From positions 3,261 to 67,260 of IMG/VR virus record IMGVR_UViG_3300032046_000022: DNA of 64,000 nt. One strand, written 5' to 3'. Position 1 is the stretch's first letter. Every line of letters starts with the position of its first letter. This document shows positions 27,228 through 37,273 of the stretch, one piece after another. The notes under the pieces were generated by a model. The model was not told the DNA's origin, ran no database searches, and worked only from the letters and a program-made list of their open reading frames with translations. The stretch is from a virus. The translations under genes and the position numbers were made by a program.

Positions 27228-28048
27228 ATATTGTGAAGCCAAAAGTGGAGTTGATCAATTACACCCAAGCCGCGCTCGAGTTGCTTCTCTTCACCAAGGG
27301 GACGCGGTTGCAAGGTCGAACCACGTTGGACGAAATAAAAGCATGGTCGTATGAAACCAAGATGGAGCATTTGGCGTATATGCGCGACACCATTAAAAGT
27401 TCCTGGGAGTTCATAGATTATGTGTTTTTGATTTCTGGTGTGAGTCGTGCATTTACTCACCAATTTGTTCGGACGCGGGACCAAGCTGGCATAGATGATC
27501 CGGCATTCGGCTCTCCGGCCGCGAATCCTGCGGTGGCTGCATTCGCCCAGGAATCGCAGCGCACGGTGGACGCTTCTGAGAATGGCGTGGTGATGCCGCC
27601 GGTGCATCCGGAGAATTATGAGTTGTTCGAGGTAGCGCTCGACTTCGAAACCATGGCATATAAACAAGCGTTGGATAGCGGAGAGCCGGCGCAGAACGCT
27701 CGCGCTCTTTTGCCGACAGCGGTGTCGACGAGCATTATTGCCAAGCTGAGTCTGCGGGCGCTTCATCATATGGCCGAAGTTCGACTCTGTACACGGACGC
27801 AAGGCGAATATCAAAATGTTTTTCGGATGATGCGTGAAGCTGTGTATAGGGTGCATCCGTGGGCGCTGGGTTGGATCGAAGTTTTCTGCGTGAACCACGG
27901 CACTTGCTGCTTTCCGCGTTATACTGAGTGTCCGATTCAGGCGCTTACTTATCTGCCAGACAAAAACCAGCTGATCGATATATATGGTGTGTGGGAGGAT
28001 GTGCGACACGAAGCGACGCCGGCGTCAAGGTCCGGCAAAACTATGTGA
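27224..28048 (+). CDS. thyX: Flavin-dependent thymidylate synthase-like protein
   Basis: GVSRAFTHQFVRTR...FAQESQR, ARALLP, RLCTRTQGE. Confidence 0.85.
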   Translation: MNIVKPKVELINYTQAALELLLFTKGTRLQGRTTLDEIKAWSYETKMEHLAYMRDTIKSSWEFIDYVFLISGVSRAFTHQFVRTRDQAGIDDPAFGSPAANPAVAAFAQESQRTVDASENGVVMPPVHPENYELFEVALDFETMAYKQALDSGEPAQNARALLPTAVSTSIIAKLSLRALHHMAEVRLCTRTQGEYQNVFRMMREAVYRVHPWALGWIEVFCVNHGTCCFPRYTECPIQALTYLPDKNQLIDIYGVWEDVRHEATPASRSGKTM

Positions 28049-28226
28049 TGAGGCCGCCATGATGACGATTGGGAGAGACGGGAAGGTTGAATATAAAAAA
28101 GAAGGCACAGGTTGCGCGCTCGCGCAGGTGGCTTCTGTTTTTGTGATTCCGTTTTTTTTGTTGATTGCGGTTGCCTTTTTGATTTCGAAGTGCAATTGAG
28201 GCGACTTGTTTGGAGAGGAAATCTGT

Positions 28227-28808
28227 ATGATGGGATGGATCGGAGTTGATCTGGACGGAACGCTTGCCAATTACAGCCACTGGGAAGGTGAGGAGCATAT
28301 CGGTGCGCCGGTGCCGGCAATGGTGAGTCGCGTGAAGGCGTGGCTCAACGCCGGCGAGGACGTTCGGATATTCACGGCGCGTGTGGCAAACGGACCGGCG
28401 CAGCTTGAGCATATAAAAAGATGGTGTCTTGAACATCTCGGTCGTATTCTTCCAATCACAAACGTAAAGGATTTTGGTATGGCCATTTTGTGGGATGACC
28501 GATGTGTGCAAGTCGGAATGAATACCGGAAGGCGTGTGGGTGAGGAGGGAGTGATGAGCGACGAAATAATCAATCATCCTGCGCATTATACACGAGGCAA
28601 ATTTGAAGTGATCGATGTGATCGAAGATTGGAATCTGGATTGGCATTTGGGGAACGTGGTGAAGTATGTTGGACGCTATGGCCATAAAGGATCCGATCTT
28701 GGTGATTTGAAAAAGGCGCGGTGGTATTTGAACAGGAAGATACAGGTGATGGAAGGAACTCAGAATGAGAACTTGGATGGTGACGGGCGGAACGAGCGGG
28801 CTGGGTGA
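28227..28808 (+). CDS. HAD phosphatase fused in frame to DUF3310
   Basis: VDLDGT, FTAR, WDDR; then INHPAHYT...GNVVKY...DLKKARWYL. Confidence 0.75.
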   Translation: MMGWIGVDLDGTLANYSHWEGEEHIGAPVPAMVSRVKAWLNAGEDVRIFTARVANGPAQLEHIKRWCLEHLGRILPITNVKDFGMAILWDDRCVQVGMNTGRRVGEEGVMSDEIINHPAHYTRGKFEVIDVIEDWNLDWHLGNVVKYVGRYGHKGSDLGDLKKARWYLNRKIQVMEGTQNENLDGDGRNERAG

Positions 28809-29487
28809 GGAGATATTGAATGTCCTCTGCCGATCAGCATATAGAGTTGGAAGTAGACCAATAGCAGACCGCGAGAGCGCGGTGGTTCACGACATTCGAT
28901 GCGACTTTACAGATTGGCGCGGCGCTGTGTTTGAGATAGAGCGTAGCATCAGAACTGTCGGCTATCTTCCGAATGTTTTGGTCAATTGTGCTGGGAAGAA
29001 TCTGATCTGCGAAACGGACGAGATGGAGGAGCAAAGTTTTTCTGATGTATTTCGCGTGAACGTATTTTTCCCGCTGATGTTGACGGCAAAGCTGGTCAAA
29101 GACAATTTGTTCGGAGTGCGTCCGATTGTGGTGAATATAGGCTCGAGCGCGTCGACTCAGGCTGGCGCGTACAGTGCCGCGTATGTTGCAAGCAAACACG
29201 CGCTCACCGGCGTTACAAGATCTCTGGCCAAGGACTATGGAGACCGGATTCGTGTTTGCCAAATCAACTTTGGCAAGCTGGGCGGAACAAAGATGTCGCG
29301 CTATATCGATCAGCGACAAGCGGAGCTGCGCGGAATCACGGTGCAGGAGGAGCGTGACCGGCAACGTTTTGGCTGGAAGGACGGAAAGGAAATTCCGCTG
29401 CGCGCCGCCGCTCAGTTTGTGATTGAAATGGTCGAAGAGGATTTCTCGGAGACAGAAAACGGAGGAGTGGTGCGCTATGGGTGCTAG
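28765..29487 (+). CDS. Short-chain dehydrogenase/reductase 1
   Basis: TGGTSGLG, NCAG, YVASK. Confidence 0.9.
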   Translation: MRTWMVTGGTSGLGEEILNVLCRSAYRVGSRPIADRESAVVHDIRCDFTDWRGAVFEIERSIRTVGYLPNVLVNCAGKNLICETDEMEEQSFSDVFRVNVFFPLMLTAKLVKDNLFGVRPIVVNIGSSASTQAGAYSAAYVASKHALTGVTRSLAKDYGDRIRVCQINFGKLGGTKMSRYIDQRQAELRGITVQEERDRQRFGWKDGKEIPLRAAAQFVIEMVEEDFSETENGGVVRYGC

Positions 29488-30274
29488 CAAAAAATCGCTT
29501 CTGATGTTTGGTGGTGCGCGTTCAAATTCGGTTGGTTGGGCGATTGCGAAATACTTTGCGCGTGGCGGCTGGCGGGTGATCGTTTGCGATCTGAAAGGCG
29601 CTTGCGATAGCGCACCGCTCGAGGATGGAGTGGAATTCTGTTATACCGATTTGATGAATGATGTTGAGATTCAGAGCGCTGTTCGTGCTGGCGTGGATAT
29701 TTTCCGGGACCAATTTGCCGGCATGATATATGCTGCCGGCTACAATCGAATCGCCTCGGTGCAGGAATACACAAGGGAGAACTGGGAGACTACGCTGCGG
29801 TTGAATTTGACGGCTCCGTTTCTCTGTATGCAGGAATTTTTGAAACAGACCGCACTCGCGCGGTTTCCCGTCGACTTGTGCCACAGCCCGTTCCATTATG
29901 TGATTCTGGGATCAAATACGTCGTATGTGGCCAAGACAAAGTCAGCAGCATACGGCGCGTCCAAGGCCGGTGTGGTCCATATGGCGGCGTGTATGAGTCG
30001 CGAGTTGGCTCCGCAAGGGTATCGTGTGACGGTCCTGAATTTCGGGCCGGTGCTTGATACGGATATGGATATGAACACCCAGATTGAACTGTGGGCGCAA
30101 CGGGGATGGAATCGCGAGCAGTATATGAAAGAGATAGTCAAAAATGTTCCGCTCAAGAGATTCACGTTGCCAGAAGAGATTGCGCAGGTGGCATGGTTTG
30201 CTATGAATATTCCGGCGGGCGAGATGTTCAGCGGGCGCGCTATCAATTTCGATGGTGGCCAGCAGCAGGGATGA
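29477..30274 (+). CDS. Short-chain dehydrogenase/reductase 2
   Basis: GGARSNSVG, YGASK, VPLKRF, FDGG. Confidence 0.9.
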   Translation: MGASKKSLLMFGGARSNSVGWAIAKYFARGGWRVIVCDLKGACDSAPLEDGVEFCYTDLMNDVEIQSAVRAGVDIFRDQFAGMIYAAGYNRIASVQEYTRENWETTLRLNLTAPFLCMQEFLKQTALARFPVDLCHSPFHYVILGSNTSYVAKTKSAAYGASKAGVVHMAACMSRELAPQGYRVTVLNFGPVLDTDMDMNTQIELWAQRGWNREQYMKEIVKNVPLKRFTLPEEIAQVAWFAMNIPAGEMFSGRAINFDGGQQQG

Positions 30275-30299
30275 CAATAAAAAAAGAAAGGCGGCTGCG

Positions 30300-30632
30300 A
30301 TGACGAACAATTCAGGAGCAAGCGCTCCTCCTATCAGAGAAATCAATTGCGGGAATTGCGGAGTTACACTCAAAGTACACGAGCCGCTTATGGTCAATCT
30401 CAGAAATCCGTCGATCACGCAGCTCTCCATGATCGCCTATGCCGGAACAGAAGAGCGGACCTGTTTGCGCTGTGGCGCGGAGCACATGCCTATATTCGTC
30501 AAAGCTGAGATTGGCTGGGTGGCGATAAAAAAGGAAGACAATCAGCAGCAGCGAATTATTCCTGCGAATGCGCCAGCTCCTCTATCAAAAGAGCAATTTG
30601 AAAAGATAATGAAAAACGCGAAAAAGGCTTGA
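30300..30632 (+). CDS. Zn-ribbon hypothetical protein
   Basis: CGNCG...CLRCG. Confidence 0.5.
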   Translation: MTNNSGASAPPIREINCGNCGVTLKVHEPLMVNLRNPSITQLSMIAYAGTEERTCLRCGAEHMPIFVKAEIGWVAIKKEDNQQQRIIPANAPAPLSKEQFEKIMKNAKKA

Positions 30633-30653
30633 TTAAAAGAAAGGCGACTGGAG

Positions 30654-33600
30654 ATGGCTGAATTCGTCCACCTACATGTTCACGATCAATATAGCATGCT
30701 GGATGGAATTTGCAAGACCACGGAAATGGTACAGAAGGCAAAGGCGCTTGGATACAAGGCGCTTGCTCAGACTAATCACGGGAATGTCGATGGCGTTGTC
30801 AAATTTTACAAGGAATGCAAAAGGCAGGATGTGAAGCCGATCGTTGGCTGCGAGCTGTATGTGGTCGACAAATTCGAGAAGGTAAAGGGACTCAAACGAT
30901 ATCACACGCTGGCGCTGGCCAAAAACTTTGCTGGCTTTCAGAATATTATGCGGGCGCTCACGGTGGCGAACCAAGAGCAGTTCTACCATCGTCCGCTTTT
31001 GACTTGGGAACAAGTGCTTGGTCTCGAAGATGTGGTGATAATGAGCGCTTGTGTGAGCGGCGTGCTGTCGCATCCGAATTTTGTAGATTTGGTCAAGAAA
31101 TTCAAGAAGAGATTTGGTCAAGACTTTTTTCTCGAGACGCAGCCGATGCTGAACTGGAAGCCGCAGACGGAGGTGTTCAAGAAGGCGCTCGAAATATCAA
31201 AGCGTGTCGGCATTCCGATCGTGGCCACAAACGACATTCACTATCTGAACGAAGACCAAAACACCGCGCACGAGGCGGCGCTTTGTATAGGGCAACATGC
31301 GTTCATGGACGATGCGCGAAACAAGAAACCGCGCTGGAAATTTGATGTCACCGGCTTGTATATGAAAACATCAGCAGAGATGCGAGAGACGCTGGTGGCC
31401 GAAGGTTGTCCGCAGAAGCTGGCTGACCAGATGTTAGAAAACAGTCTCCAGCCGGCAGACCGGTGCAATTTCGAGATTCCTAAAATGCTTGTGAGCCTTC
31501 CGATGCCGAAGCGCTTTGCCCATATCAAAAAACCAGCGGAAAAAATCTTGAGTGATTTGGCGTATGCTGGTCTGGATAAGATGGGCAAGTCTGGCGAGAA
31601 TAAGTATCGTGAGCGGCTCCAACACGAGCTGAATGAAGTCTGCAGTCTGGGTTTTCCGGTTTATTTTCTTGTGCTCACAGACTTGATTTGGTGGTGCAGA
31701 GAACACAATCTGATGGTTGGTCCTGGGCGCGGCTCTGTTGGCGGCAGTCTGCTTGCGTGGTGTCTCGAGATCACAAGCGTTGACTCTGTGGCGTGGAATC
31801 TTTCGTTTGAGCGGTTCATCAGTCCTGGCCGCATAGACTTGCCGGATATAGATGTTGATTTTCAGGACGACCGGCGTGAGGAGATCATCAGTTATTTGCG
31901 CAAGCAATATGGCGAGGAGAATGTGGCGCAGGTGCGCACGTTCAACGAGATGCACGGGAGACAAGCGCTCCGTGATGCCTCGAGAGTTTTTAGTGTCTCG
32001 AACGAAGAAGCCAGCCGTGCTGCCAAGGCGATCATAAAGCGGAGCGGCGGCGATGCGCGGGAGGACTATTCGATCGAGGATGCCTTTTCGCTTTTTGAAG
32101 AGTGCAAAGAATTCAAGCGCAAATATCCAAAGGTGGTAAAGGTTGCGCAAGCGCTCGAGGGAATTATTCGGCAAGGCGGAATACATGCCGCCGGCGTGGT
32201 GGTCTCGAAGGAAACGCTGTATGACGGCAAGCGCTGTGTGGTGATAAACGCGAAGGATAATGTCCGCTCAGTCAATTGGGATAAGCGCGATCTGGATGAT
32301 TTCGGACTGATGAAGCTGGATGTTCTTGGGCTGAGTACGCTGACGGTTCTGTGCAGGGCGAAGGAACTGATAATGGAGAACCACGCCGTGGATGTGGTAT
32401 ACGAAAACATTCCGCTGGATGATCAGAAGGTGCTCGAGAATTTTCGCAAGGGAAACACGATCGGGGTGTTTCAGTTTGGCACGACCGGCTTGAGTGTATA
32501 TTGTCGAGAAGTTGGTATCGAGGATTTTAATCGGCTGGTTGACGTGAACGCGCTCTGGCGTCCTGGCACACTGAAGTCTGGGATGACTACCGAATATTGT
32601 GAGATAAAAAACCAGCACAAAGCGGTCACATCAGTTTCGGAATTTTATGACAAATTGACCGCTGACACTTTCGGGATCATGCTATATCAGGAGCAGATCA
32701 TGCAGGTGTTATACCAAGGTGCGGGCATCGGTTGGCGCACAGTGGACACTATTCGCAAAGTGATTTCAAAAAGCGAAGGAACGGCGAAGCTGGCCAGCTT
32801 CAAAAAGGAATTCATGGACGGCTGCGCTCTCCGGGAAACTATGAGCGAGGAAGAAGCGAGCGCGGTATTTGACAAGATGGTATTTTTCGGCTCGTATGGC
32901 TTCAACAGAAGTCACGCAGTGGCATACACCATGCTCGGCTATTGGACTATGTGGCTGAAAGTTTATTATCCGACAGAATTTTATTGTTCGCTGATAAACT
33001 TCGCCACTATCGACAAGCGTACCGAATACGTTGATGATGCGCGCAAGAACGGTGTCAAGGTTTTGCTGCCGGACATAAACTTTTCCGACAAGAATTGGAA
33101 AATAGATGGACTGAATACCTTGCGTGCTGGCTTGAATAGCGTGTCCTCAGTTTCCGACCGCTCTGCAAACGAGATCATTCGGGCGCGTGCGAGCAAGTGG
33201 ATCGATCTTGAATCATTTCTGAAAGCGGTGCCGCGTCGTGTCGTGAATAAGCGCGTGGTGCAGAACCTTGGTCGTGCCGGCGCTCTCCGATCCTTGTGTG
33301 TTGGCGTGCTGTCAAGTCAGAATATAGATGAAGTGTTTGGCGGCAAATTCGAGTTGGATCCAGACGACGAGGCGGAGGCTGTGCTTAGATTGGTTGGCGA
33401 CGTTGTTGATTTTAGTCCGTCTTCTGATCCGTTGTATAGAATCTCTGCACTTGTGCGACGTGTAAAAAAAAGGATCGAATTGCAGACGGTGAAGAGTGTG
33501 CTCAACAAAGAATTGGCTGGCGGCTCCGAAGCGAATTTTATCGGGCGCATCGACAAAATCAAATACGGATATCGCGATCGCATAACGAAAGACGCGACAA

Positions 33601-34451
33601 GTCGCGGATTTGCGGACGACCTGGGCGGCGCGTATTGCAACTTCTTCGATGGCACCAGCCATATTATGCTGACGTTCGATCCTAATCTCACACACAAAGG
33701 CGAAAATATCACCTATAAGAAGCGAATCGAAGCGGCAGAAGATTGTTGGGTGCTGTTGCGCACTTCTGTTATGGCGACGCGCCATGGCCGCGATATAAAA
33801 TTGCTCGTGAGGAAATTAACTTTCCTCGAGGAGCTGACCGGTGAAGTTGATTTGGCTTTTTTGCCCATGTTGCCGCTGGGCAAAAGGGAAGACAATCCTT
33901 GTCGGCTATTCGAGGAAGAACTTGCCGACTGCACAGCGTGTTCGCTGCGGCAGAGTTGTCGCGCTCCGGTGCCTCCTAGCATCGGCAAATTTGATGCCAT
34001 GGTAATAGCAGAGGCTCCAGGAGAGAGGGAGGATAAGGCCGGCTCCGGTTTGGTTGGTCGATCTGGAAGCGTGCTATGGAATGCGCTTGCTGAGCGGAAA
34101 ATTTTGCGTCCATATTTATATGTGAACAATGTCGTCAAATGTAGACCGCCGGACAATAAACTTTCGAACATATCCTATGCTCACAAATGCGGACAACTCT
34201 GGTTGGACCGCGAAATAAGAGCGGTGAATCCGCTTGTGGTTTTGGTGATGGGCGGAACGGCGGCGGACTTTTTTACTCGCGACGCAAAAATCACAGAGCT
34301 GTGTGGCAAGGTTATTTGGAATAGCAAATATGAATGCTGGGTGGTGTATTGTTTGCATCCTGCAGCGACACTTTATGAGCCTTCTAAAAGAGCAGAGTTT
34401 TTGAAAGCAATAGACAAATTTGCCGCATTGTTGGTAAGACTGTATAAATAA
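30654..34451 (+). CDS. dnaE: DNA polymerase III alpha (family C) with C-terminal family-4 uracil-DNA glycosylase domain
   Basis: PHP HLHVHDQYSMLDG, GRGS, PDIDVDF, YGFNRSHA; C-terminal CTACSL...AEAPG...VKCRPP...HPAA. Confidence 0.93.
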   Translation: MAEFVHLHVHDQYSMLDGICKTTEMVQKAKALGYKALAQTNHGNVDGVVKFYKECKRQDVKPIVGCELYVVDKFEKVKGLKRYHTLALAKNFAGFQNIMRALTVANQEQFYHRPLLTWEQVLGLEDVVIMSACVSGVLSHPNFVDLVKKFKKRFGQDFFLETQPMLNWKPQTEVFKKALEISKRVGIPIVATNDIHYLNEDQNTAHEAALCIGQHAFMDDARNKKPRWKFDVTGLYMKTSAEMRETLVAEGCPQKLADQMLENSLQPADRCNFEIPKMLVSLPMPKRFAHIKKPAEKILSDLAYAGLDKMGKSGENKYRERLQHELNEVCSLGFPVYFLVLTDLIWWCREHNLMVGPGRGSVGGSLLAWCLEITSVDSVAWNLSFERFISPGRIDLPDIDVDFQDDRREEIISYLRKQYGEENVAQVRTFNEMHGRQALRDASRVFSVSNEEASRAAKAIIKRSGGDAREDYSIEDAFSLFEECKEFKRKYPKVVKVAQALEGIIRQGGIHAAGVVVSKETLYDGKRCVVINAKDNVRSVNWDKRDLDDFGLMKLDVLGLSTLTVLCRAKELIMENHAVDVVYENIPLDDQKVLENFRKGNTIGVFQFGTTGLSVYCREVGIEDFNRLVDVNALWRPGTLKSGMTTEYCEIKNQHKAVTSVSEFYDKLTADTFGIMLYQEQIMQVLYQGAGIGWRTVDTIRKVISKSEGTAKLASFKKEFMDGCALRETMSEEEASAVFDKMVFFGSYGFNRSHAVAYTMLGYWTMWLKVYYPTEFYCSLINFATIDKRTEYVDDARKNGVKVLLPDINFSDKNWKIDGLNTLRAGLNSVSSVSDRSANEIIRARASKWIDLESFLKAVPRRVVNKRVVQNLGRAGALRSLCVGVLSSQNIDEVFGGKFELDPDDEAEAVLRLVGDVVDFSPSSDPLYRISALVRRVKKRIELQTVKSVLNKELAGGSEANFIGRIDKIKYGYRDRITKDATSRGFADDLGGAYCNFFDGTSHIMLTFDPNLTHKGENITYKKRIEAAEDCWVLLRTSVMATRHGRDIKLLVRKLTFLEELTGEVDLAFLPMLPLGKREDNPCRLFEEELADCTACSLRQSCRAPVPPSIGKFDAMVIAEAPGEREDKAGSGLVGRSGSVLWNALAERKILRPYLYVNNVVKCRPPDNKLSNISYAHKCGQLWLDREIRAVNPLVVLVMGGTAADFFTRDAKITELCGKVIWNSKYECWVVYCLHPAATLYEPSKRAEFLKAIDKFAALLVRLYK

Positions 34452-34472
34452 AATTTCCCAAACCGCTTCCGG

Positions 34473-34483
34473 TGGGGATAATA
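34473..34483 (+). promoter_or_regulatory. TGGGGATAATA promoter motif, copy 3
   Basis: Intergenic after dnaE; shares upstream CCAAACC with copy 2. Confidence 0.55.
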
Positions 34484-34663
34484 CTATAAGGAGACGCATG
34501 AGAACACACACGGTCCAGAGCTGTGATATAGTGAGATATTTGTTGAGTCTGGAGGGAAAGCCAGTGTGCTTTGGTCGAATTGGTAGGCAGAGTCGCCGGT
34601 TTGATGTTGCGATTATGCTGAGTTGGTTTCTCGTGATTTTCATCACTCTATTAGGATTCGGCT

Positions 34664-35155
34664 ATGGAAAATAAACCAACAAACGAAGAAAAGGTTCTGG
34701 AGAACCTTGTGATTTCTCCAGAGATAGATGTGGAGATGTCGAGACAAGCAGCGCTATTTGCGCAGATGGCGTTTGCGGCGGCACACGCAAAGAACAGAGC
34801 CGATCAGCAAAAGCTGGCGCTTGAAATGCTCGAAGCGGATCTGGATACGGCGGCGCGCAAGGCGCTCACAGCACAGGGAGAAAAGATTCGTGAGGCGGCG
34901 ATCGAGGCCATTATTAAGAAGAATGGCAATTGGGTCGACATGTATAACGCCTATCTTCGAGAGCGTCTCGAACTTGGAATTGTCGAGGCGGCGACCGAAG
35001 CATTCAAGCAGCGCGCTATGATGCTATCAGGTCTCGGCGCGATGCGCAGGGCGGAGATGGAGCAGGAACAAGGGATGCAAATCAAAACCGTCTCCGGAAG
35101 AGCGACAGAAGTTTTGACGCGGAAATTCAATCGCGAAAAAGGGCGAGTTGAATAG
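34664..35155 (+). CDS. UvsY-like recombination mediator
   Basis: Helical; KIREAAIEAII...AFKQRAMML; upstream of SSB and RecA. Confidence 0.55.
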   Translation: MENKPTNEEKVLENLVISPEIDVEMSRQAALFAQMAFAAAHAKNRADQQKLALEMLEADLDTAARKALTAQGEKIREAAIEAIIKKNGNWVDMYNAYLRERLELGIVEAATEAFKQRAMMLSGLGAMRRAEMEQEQGMQIKTVSGRATEVLTRKFNREKGRVE

Positions 35156-35311
35156 CATGACACTCGGGTGGTTTTTCGCGATCGTGATAACGCTGAGCGT
35201 GATATTCCTGATTGTCATGGTTTTGTTTTCCAAGGTTATAATCGAGGGAGTTGCCGCGTTTCTCGCGAGAGTTGTGAACAAGTCTGAATATAAAAAAAGG
35301 GAGAGGAGATT

Positions 35312-36343
35312 GTGATGGCTGAAAAGTCTTTGCAGGATTTTGCGAATGAGGCGAAACGGACCGCCGATGCGGAGCGAGGAAGAAAAGAATTCTACACCCC
35401 TCCAGCGGGGCGGCAAGCCAACCTTCGCATCTTGGAGTGGCCAGGACACGTTCCGTGCTGGATTCAATCGTATGTTCATTATTTGGAAACGTCCGAAGGA
35501 AAAAGAGTTCTCACCTGCGGCGACGAGAACTGCTATACCTGTAGTCGGCTTCACGAAATGACGAGTAGCCAAAACAAGGCAGACATGGAGTTTGTTCGGC
35601 AGTCGTCGCGCAAGATGAAAGTGATCATGTATGTATTGGACTGGGACAATCTTAGTGCCGGTCCACAGCTTTGGGAGCCGAAGAACACTCAGAACTGCAA
35701 TACTTGGGCGACGTTGCTTTCGCTTTTTCTTTCGGAAGAGTGGGGCGACCGTGTTTACAAATTCAACCAAGGAGTTCTGATTGCGCTGAACATCGTGAAA
35801 GAGATGCGCAAGATGCGCTCCGGCCAGATGGAGATGTCCATCCAGAAATCCCTCGTGCCGATGCCGACGCAGCGTCCGCTTCCATATAAGCGCGATGCGC
35901 AAGGCAATCACCTGATTCAAGTTTCTCTGCCAAACGGGAATAAGCAAATTTTCAAGTTGCCGGAATTGTCAGAGGCGATCACGGTTTATGATGAGGATTA
36001 TCATCGACAATGCTGGGGTGATGAACCGTCTGCTGCTGATGCTTTCGGCGGTTCGAGCGCTGCTGTGTTTGATGAAGTCGAAACCGCTGGTGGTGGCTCC
36101 GAGGAGGCCGGTGCGGGCGATGATGCCTTTGCAACTGTAGGCGATTCTGATTGGGGCGCTCCGCCGACTCCGGTGAGCGCTGATGTCTTTTCTGATAGTG
36201 GTGCAGCCGCTCAATCAACGAAAGCACCAGCTCCGCCAACTCGCACACAGGCACAGGCTCCGGTGCGCAGACCGGCGCGTCCGCAGCCGGCGAGAGGAAA
36301 GTCCATCCCGGCGCGTGGTAGGCCATCACCAAAAAAACGTTAA
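35312..36343 (+). CDS. gp32-like single-stranded DNA-binding protein
   Basis: LRIL...HY...TC...CYTC zinc motif, acidic C-terminal region. Confidence 0.65.
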   Translation: MMAEKSLQDFANEAKRTADAERGRKEFYTPPAGRQANLRILEWPGHVPCWIQSYVHYLETSEGKRVLTCGDENCYTCSRLHEMTSSQNKADMEFVRQSSRKMKVIMYVLDWDNLSAGPQLWEPKNTQNCNTWATLLSLFLSEEWGDRVYKFNQGVLIALNIVKEMRKMRSGQMEMSIQKSLVPMPTQRPLPYKRDAQGNHLIQVSLPNGNKQIFKLPELSEAITVYDEDYHRQCWGDEPSAADAFGGSSAAVFDEVETAGGGSEEAGAGDDAFATVGDSDWGAPPTPVSADVFSDSGAAAQSTKAPAPPTRTQAQAPVRRPARPQPARGKSIPARGRPSPKKR

Positions 36344-36358
36344 GCACAGAAGGCGGCT

Positions 36359-37249
36359 ATGAGGAATCCTCCGAGACAAGCGGCGCAGACTTCCGTTCTT
36401 GACATCAGTAAGCTGGCGGAGAAGGCGAAGAAGATGTATGGATCGGACGCTGTGATTATTCCTGGCAGAGATGCGGACTTTATGCTTCAGCGTATGAGTC
36501 ACTGGATCGACGCCGGAAGATTCAACGCGGTTCTGGGTCACGAAGTGAAGGGGATTCCTTGCGGCTATTATTGCGAGATCAGCGGCGGCGAAAGTGCTGG
36601 CAAGACCACGTTGGCGTATCATCTTATCGGACGAGCGCAAGCGGCAGGTGCGGTAGTTTGGCTTGCGGACGTGGAACATAGTTTTGATTCAGAGTGGGCG
36701 CGGAAGCAGGGGATCGAAATAAACAACTTGATCAATATAGAGACGGCATACACAGAAGGAAAAAAATACAAAGTTGATCACGTTGATGAGGCATTTCGAA
36801 AATGGGAGGATCTGATTCGCGAAGCGTGGTCGCTATATCAGCGCCATCAGTTGCTGGTTGTTGATAGTCTTGCAGCTTTGCTCCCTCGCGAGCAGTTGGA
36901 AGGCGACTACGGTGAGCGGAGCGTGGCCGCGCTCGCCAGAGCTATGGCTGTCAACATGCCGAAATTCCAGTCGGCGCTATTGGAAACGAAAACGGCGTGT
37001 ATATTTGTGAATCAGATCCGCGACAAGTTGGGCGTGCTGTTTGGCGAGAAGGAAACCACTCCAGGAGGCCGCGCCAAGAACTTCTATTTCAGCAGTCGTA
37101 TCTCTGTAAAGCGCATGAAAGTCGAACTGAAGGCGAATGTCCCGATTGGGCTGCGCTCGCGGGTGAAAAACAAGAAGAACAAGATCGGACAGCCGTTCCT
37201 AGAAGTGGAAATGCTTATAGATTTTGACAAAGGACTTCTCTTGATATGA
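36359..37249 (+). CDS. recA: RecA/UvsX recombinase
   Basis: GGESAGKTT, DVEHS, VVDSLAAL, NQIRDK, TTPGGRA. Confidence 0.93.
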   Translation: MRNPPRQAAQTSVLDISKLAEKAKKMYGSDAVIIPGRDADFMLQRMSHWIDAGRFNAVLGHEVKGIPCGYYCEISGGESAGKTTLAYHLIGRAQAAGAVVWLADVEHSFDSEWARKQGIEINNLINIETAYTEGKKYKVDHVDEAFRKWEDLIREAWSLYQRHQLLVVDSLAALLPREQLEGDYGERSVAALARAMAVNMPKFQSALLETKTACIFVNQIRDKLGVLFGEKETTPGGRAKNFYFSSRISVKRMKVELKANVPIGLRSRVKNKKNKIGQPFLEVEMLIDFDKGLLLI

Positions 37250-37273
37250 TTTTTCAGAGAGTGAGAATCTTGC

